From the NCBI GenBank assembly GCA_033763315.1, contig JANRKS010000032.1:591589-655588 (forward strand): a stretch of DNA of 64,000 nt. The letters are read 5' to 3'. This DNA comes from Deltaproteobacteria bacterium (GTDB lineage Bacteria > Myxococcota_A > Polyangia > Fen-1088). A program made the position numbers and the translations under genes. The notes under the pieces are model-generated. The model searched no databases. It saw nothing but the letters and a program-made list of their open reading frames with translations, and was not told the DNA's origin. Positions within the stretch are counted from its first letter, which is position 1. The number at the start of each line of letters is the position of its first letter. Positions 59,359-64,000 of this stretch are shown here, one piece after another.

Positions 59359-61167
59359 ATGCAGGCCTTCTCGCACACAGCCAGTCTTCCGTTCCTCATC
59401 CTGTCCGCGCTTGTGGGCGCGTGCGATCCGTCTGTGTCGGTAGGCAGTCCTGACGGAGGAGGTCCCACGGATGGCGCCCCCGTTGCGCTCTACCCGGTAC
59501 AGACAGGTTTTTTGGCCGGTGGGCCCGTTCAATATCACAACCTTGGCGCATCCAGCTTCACCCGCGGGGGGGCCCCGCAAGCACACCTTGCACTCACAGG
59601 GACGGCGACCGGCAGTGCGCCCGTACATCCTATGTATTTCTTCTTTGACGAAGACGGCGCTCCGCTCCTCGCGCCGCTTTGGAAGCAAGAATCCACGGGC
59701 CAATTTTTTGTACGGCCTCGGGACGCCAAGCACGACTTCCATAAGCCCATCATCGATCTGACGACCGCCGACGTCGCCCCGGAATCGTATTCGGGGTTGT
59801 GGCAAGTCGTGAAAGTCGTCGTTCCCAAAGGTCATAAACCCAACGCAATCACGAGCGCCGCGGACCTTCATGCCGCCAGCAAACGCAATCGCGCAAACGT
59901 GAAAATTGTTCCGACGGCCTTTGCGATCAACTGTCCCCTGGTTGCGCCGCGAGCCCATGTGGTCCCCAACGTCACGGCGTACGAGGGGGACAGCGTTCGA
60001 ATCCCTCAGCCACAGATGCAGCTTTGGTACCGCGGCAATTCGGTGGAATGCTTTTTGGCGAATGGCTGGGAGACCCTGGGGCGTGCCGTGTGGGATGACA
60101 CTGGCACCTCGCATCTTTATCAGTGGCTTTCGTTTGATGAAGACGAAGCGCGAGTGCAGACCTTTGACGTTCAACAGGTGGCGAGCACCCCAGACAGTCC
60201 GATCCAGTTGGTGGCGCCGGTGGGTCTTCTCTTCGTGCCTCACACCCGCGTTTTAGGACAGGATATTTTCTTCGAAGATGTGGCCGTGTTCGCAGGGCCG
60301 CCTCCAAAGCGCCGCCGCGAAGATCCTTCGGGTTATCGACCGATTCGTTGGATCTGGAATCTGGAGGTCAAAGCCAGTGAAGATGAGCCTTTGAACGCGA
60401 CAACTTTTCGGTGGTCGGGCTTAGCAGATGCCTCTCACCTAGAGCCAAACAAACTTTCGCCCCGCCAGCCCATATCCGTTGTTAACGCGCCTCTTTCAGG
60501 CGGCGAGGTTACGTGCGAAGGCGACCAAGATGGTGCCGATCCGTGTGCGTCGTTGGGCTTGGTATGTGACCCGCGCCAAGGTGGCCATCGCGCTGTTTGC
60601 GCGCCACCAAAAGTCAGATACGGCGCGCCTTGTGGCCCCAGCTTGGGCCAATGCCGCAAAACCGTTGAACACAACGACAAGATCGAATCCTGGTTTGTGC
60701 AGGGACGACGGACGCCAGAGGCCATCGAAATGGTTCCCCCGGAAGCCATTGAAGCAAGAAGCAACGCGCCCATCGTGAACGTAGATCAGCACGAGATCTA
60801 TCGCTGCGTGGCGCAAGCCAGCGGGGTAGGGCGCTGCCTTTTGTCCTGCGATCCGAACCAGCGCAATGTTCTGCGCGGCCAAACGCTCACTACGTTTCGT
60901 GATGAGAAGCGCGACGCCCTTTTGGAGTTTGCTCTTGATTCTCGCTGCGGTGGTGCCCTCATGCCGGGATTTGCCTGCGAGCCACAGATGAAAGTCTGCG
61001 TTCGTTCATGCACCGTGGAGGTTCCTGACAACAACGTTTGTGCCTTGCCCACGCCTATGTGGCTTTCGGAAGATTTGATGGGCGTCGATCTCGCCGAACA
61101 CACCACGTGTCGCAAGTTCGGCGAGATCTCCGCATGCCTTCACGCTTCGCCATCCTCTGATTTCTAA
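59359..61167 (+). CDS. Hypothetical lipoprotein with repeated beta module and Cys-rich C-terminus
   Basis: Lipobox VGAC; SYSGLWQVVKV...ITS...INCPLV and a second copy GYRPIRWIWNL...VNAPL; many Cys after residue ~385. Confidence 0.72.
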   Translation: MQAFSHTASLPFLILSALVGACDPSVSVGSPDGGGPTDGAPVALYPVQTGFLAGGPVQYHNLGASSFTRGGAPQAHLALTGTATGSAPVHPMYFFFDEDGAPLLAPLWKQESTGQFFVRPRDAKHDFHKPIIDLTTADVAPESYSGLWQVVKVVVPKGHKPNAITSAADLHAASKRNRANVKIVPTAFAINCPLVAPRAHVVPNVTAYEGDSVRIPQPQMQLWYRGNSVECFLANGWETLGRAVWDDTGTSHLYQWLSFDEDEARVQTFDVQQVASTPDSPIQLVAPVGLLFVPHTRVLGQDIFFEDVAVFAGPPPKRRREDPSGYRPIRWIWNLEVKASEDEPLNATTFRWSGLADASHLEPNKLSPRQPISVVNAPLSGGEVTCEGDQDGADPCASLGLVCDPRQGGHRAVCAPPKVRYGAPCGPSLGQCRKTVEHNDKIESWFVQGRRTPEAIEMVPPEAIEARSNAPIVNVDQHEIYRCVAQASGVGRCLLSCDPNQRNVLRGQTLTTFRDEKRDALLEFALDSRCGGALMPGFACEPQMKVCVRSCTVEVPDNNVCALPTPMWLSEDLMGVDLAEHTTCRKFGEISACLHASPSSDF

Positions 61168-61179
61168 GGAGTCGCCACG

Positions 61180-63756
61180 ATGCCTACGCAAAGAAGAAAC
61201 ACGATCGCGCTGGTGGTCGTCACCGTGCTGGGGTGGACCTTGAGCGCCCATGCCGCGCCCTTGGACATCCCAGCTGCCTTGGTCTGCCACAACTCGGGAC
61301 AGGCAAACTGCTTTGATCAGGGCGTCTTTATCTTGAAGGGTAGCTCAGACCTCTTGACCATGCCCTGTCGCGCAAGACCGCTGTCAGCGAAGGATCGCAC
61401 GCACACCGACTGCAACTTCGATGTTCATTTGGTGGCGCAACGGTTCGTGCAAACCCTTGAGGACGCGGGTTTGCAGCCGGGGGCTTTGGCATGGGATCAA
61501 GTGGCCTTCTTCTTCGTGGACTCGGAAGATCCCGAGGCCGCGTCCGGTTCACCGGGGATGACGTTCTTTCGGGCGCCGGTCCGTGGGAAGGAGTTTGGTA
61601 AGCCGTTGGGGGCGGCTTTGTCAGCGGGTGCGAACGAGGTGGAAGGCATAGGGCAAGCGGTCACAGGTTTGAACCCAGCGCTTCCATTTGTTGGGTACGT
61701 CGACGCCGGAAGCACGAGTGTTTTTGGCAATGTGAGAGCAAGCCTTGGCTTCGATGAGGCCGATCCAAAATTGCGATATGAACGATGTGGTCATGTCAGC
61801 GCCTGTTTGCGCGGCATGAATGGCTTTCAGGCTCTTGCGCAAGCAACCTCGCATATGTTCGGCCCCTTCTTGTCTCCAGAGCCTGGGCTGGACGACGACG
61901 CGTGGTACGCGATGCCCCAGGACCAACGCAGTCGCTGCGTGCCTTCGACTGGATCCGGGATCGATTATCCCGTGCCAGCGTCGTTGCTCCGTGAAGGCGC
62001 GGCGTGCTCGGACGATGTTGAACCCGCGCCACCCCTATCAAACGCAGACGTCAAAGCGTTTCCGAATTTGACTCAGATTGCAGGGCTCAACCTCGGTTCC
62101 TCCTTCCCTAAGCCGCTGTCACGGGTTCTGACCGTCTGCCCCGACAACAAAGAGGCTCTTGCACACCGCATGCAACCCGAAGCCTTGGTGTTCGCGGCAG
62201 ACACGCATCGACAACGGTGCTTGGGTGGCGTCCCGCAACGCAGGGGCGCCGGGGCACTGCATGGGCTCACCCGCTTTCGGCAGTGGAACGCGTTTATTGA
62301 TATGGACACTTCGCTGATGGGCAACGGCGCCAACTGGGTAGAAAATGGCAACGGCACAGCCACCACGACGGGGCCCGCAGCCAACATGCAAGCGTCAGCG
62401 CCACATTTTGGCCAAGCTCTACAGGTGTTCCATCCGCTTGAGCTGTGGCTGATGGGGCTCGTTCCAGACATCGGAGACATCTCCGTTTACGATGCAACAC
62501 CTTCGCATCTCATCGGCCGCGCCGGAAACGATGGCAGGTTCTTTGTGAGCGCTGGGCCTCGCATGAGCGCCTCCAACGTCGTGTCCGTGGCGTCGAATGC
62601 CACAAGGCTCACCGTCTCTCCGGAAGCTCTCTTTGGGCACGCTCCTGCTCGTCGCCCGTCTTACGAGCAGGCGTCGCATCTATTGCGACAACTATGGGTT
62701 GTGGTGACGAAACCAGCTGAGCTGGGTGCCGCACACGATGGCGATCGTCTACAGAAAATCAATTCACTGCACGTAAGGCACATGCAGCGCTGGCGCAAAG
62801 AATGGCAGCAATACTGGCACATGCTCACCAGCTACCGCGGCAAAACGGTGTCGGCCTTTGGCGAAGAAGCGGATGAAACGCCCGAGTGGGAATTCATGCA
62901 GCCGCTCGATGACCGGAAGAGCTTTGTGCCGTCGCAGGGCATACGTTTCGCGGTTTCCGGGCCACAACGCGATTCGTATTCGCCCCGGGTGCTCAGCTTT
63001 ATGAATGTAAGCACGGAAGGCCAATCTGGAGAGCTCACGTTGCAGCCGCACAGAAATCAGCCACCGTTGCGACTCGATGGGCGTTCCGACACGCCATGGC
63101 CCATCAACAGTCTAGAGTTTCGCGTGTCGGTACCAGCGCAAGGGCCCAGCCATTCATTCGCGACTGTATATCTTGACGATGTGGCCGTGCGGGTGCCCAA
63201 CGATCCCTCGCTGTTCTTGCGCGCCGACGGCGCATTTCACACATACGTCGTTGATCTCGGCGGCGTGCCGGGGCTCTGGGACAAGGCGCATACGTCACTA
63301 AAAGTGGTTCCATCGAGCGAGCCGATTCAAGGGTGCCCGGATGAAACCAATTTCAATGATCCGACATGCTTGCGCATCGACTTCCTACGGTTCACGAACC
63401 GCCCGGCCGCTGACCTTCAAGATGAGGACACAGACTGTCTGGGACGCGTGCGCCCCGATGGCTTGCTTGCCCTCGTGGACAATTGCCCAGGTTCCTATAA
63501 CCCCGATCAACGAGATGAGGACCACAACGGCGTCGGCGACGCGTGCCAAGATGACGACCATGATGGCACGATTGGCCTGTGCGAATCGCCCGTTGAAGAT
63601 AAGACCGTAGCGACGGCCTCTGGCTGTAGCGTCGCGACGCACGCAAAACCCAGCGGCTGGTGTCTAGTGGTTCTCTGCATCCTCATCGTCGCGTTGTGGC
63701 GCCTGCGGGTGCGGGCCAACGGAGCACACGATCTTTTGACCCAATCAAAAGTCTAA
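61180..63756 (+). CDS. Secreted surface protein with degenerate metallopeptidase-like domain, thrombospondin type-3 repeat and MYXO-CTERM sorting signal
   Basis: RBS AAGGAG; signal peptide (AHA-A); DNCPGSYNPDQRDEDHNGVGDAC; SGCSVA-TM-RLRVR. Confidence 0.8.
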   Translation: MPTQRRNTIALVVVTVLGWTLSAHAAPLDIPAALVCHNSGQANCFDQGVFILKGSSDLLTMPCRARPLSAKDRTHTDCNFDVHLVAQRFVQTLEDAGLQPGALAWDQVAFFFVDSEDPEAASGSPGMTFFRAPVRGKEFGKPLGAALSAGANEVEGIGQAVTGLNPALPFVGYVDAGSTSVFGNVRASLGFDEADPKLRYERCGHVSACLRGMNGFQALAQATSHMFGPFLSPEPGLDDDAWYAMPQDQRSRCVPSTGSGIDYPVPASLLREGAACSDDVEPAPPLSNADVKAFPNLTQIAGLNLGSSFPKPLSRVLTVCPDNKEALAHRMQPEALVFAADTHRQRCLGGVPQRRGAGALHGLTRFRQWNAFIDMDTSLMGNGANWVENGNGTATTTGPAANMQASAPHFGQALQVFHPLELWLMGLVPDIGDISVYDATPSHLIGRAGNDGRFFVSAGPRMSASNVVSVASNATRLTVSPEALFGHAPARRPSYEQASHLLRQLWVVVTKPAELGAAHDGDRLQKINSLHVRHMQRWRKEWQQYWHMLTSYRGKTVSAFGEEADETPEWEFMQPLDDRKSFVPSQGIRFAVSGPQRDSYSPRVLSFMNVSTEGQSGELTLQPHRNQPPLRLDGRSDTPWPINSLEFRVSVPAQGPSHSFATVYLDDVAVRVPNDPSLFLRADGAFHTYVVDLGGVPGLWDKAHTSLKVVPSSEPIQGCPDETNFNDPTCLRIDFLRFTNRPAADLQDEDTDCLGRVRPDGLLALVDNCPGSYNPDQRDEDHNGVGDACQDDDHDGTIGLCESPVEDKTVATASGCSVATHAKPSGWCLVVLCILIVALWRLRVRANGAHDLLTQSKV

Positions 63757-64000
63757 TGAAATGCCCAGCAGATAGGTTTCTTCAACGGACGCTGTGCGAT
63801 AGACGTAGGCGATCGTCACGTGGCCTTCCAACGCCCAAGATTCACCAAGATAGACGCGCACCAAAGGCAGCGGACGTAAGGCCCGCCTTTGTACCGACCC
63901 GACGGCCACCACAAGCCCCTCTTGTGACAGCAGCTCACCCGCAGGCTGCCACAGCCCCGCTTGCATGACCGTCTTGGCCACGCCGCCGCCCAGGTTGAAC
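63745..64000 (-). CDS. 3' end of a probable outer-membrane beta-barrel protein (partial)
   Basis: Frame open from the window edge; ends YLLGISLDF with terminal Phe beta-signal. Confidence 0.5.
   Translation of the reverse strand, partial: FNLGGGVAKTVMQAGLWQPAGELLSQEGLVVAVGSVQRRALRPLPLVRVYLGESWALEGHVTIAYVYRTASVEETYLLGISLDF

Overview
High-GC bacterial chromosomal window with hallmarks of Myxococcota: a MYXO-CTERM protein, Cys-rich repeats, an HRDVxPxN kinase with PEGA, DUF4388 and a DUF1592/DUF1552 pair. About 50 CDS and one tRNA-Ala(CGC) were called. I saw no CRISPR array, transposase, integrase or phage genes. Housekeeping genes (nitrite/sulfite reductase 5' part, pssA, groES-groEL, murI, yhbY, ppk2, ybaK, amtB, tlyA, ugd, two glutathione peroxidases) alternate with poorly characterised envelope loci. 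Best candidates for undescribed systems: (1) an ECF sigma / FecR-TPR anti-sigma / outer-membrane protein / GH44 lipoprotein operon whose GH44 lacks the catalytic acid/base Glu, a possible glucan-sensing pseudoenzyme; (2) an ~11 kb redox/signalling locus with a Ser/Thr kinase, an output-less Cache-like membrane protein, a type-1 copper protein, a cytochrome c, a TPR-DUF4388 protein, a porin and two atypical di-heme proteins. Also notable: two more apparent envelope pseudoenzymes, a duplicated TetR operator/promoter with compensatory changes, and a CDS whose stop codon lies inside the tRNA. All family calls come from motif recognition by eye, not database searches.
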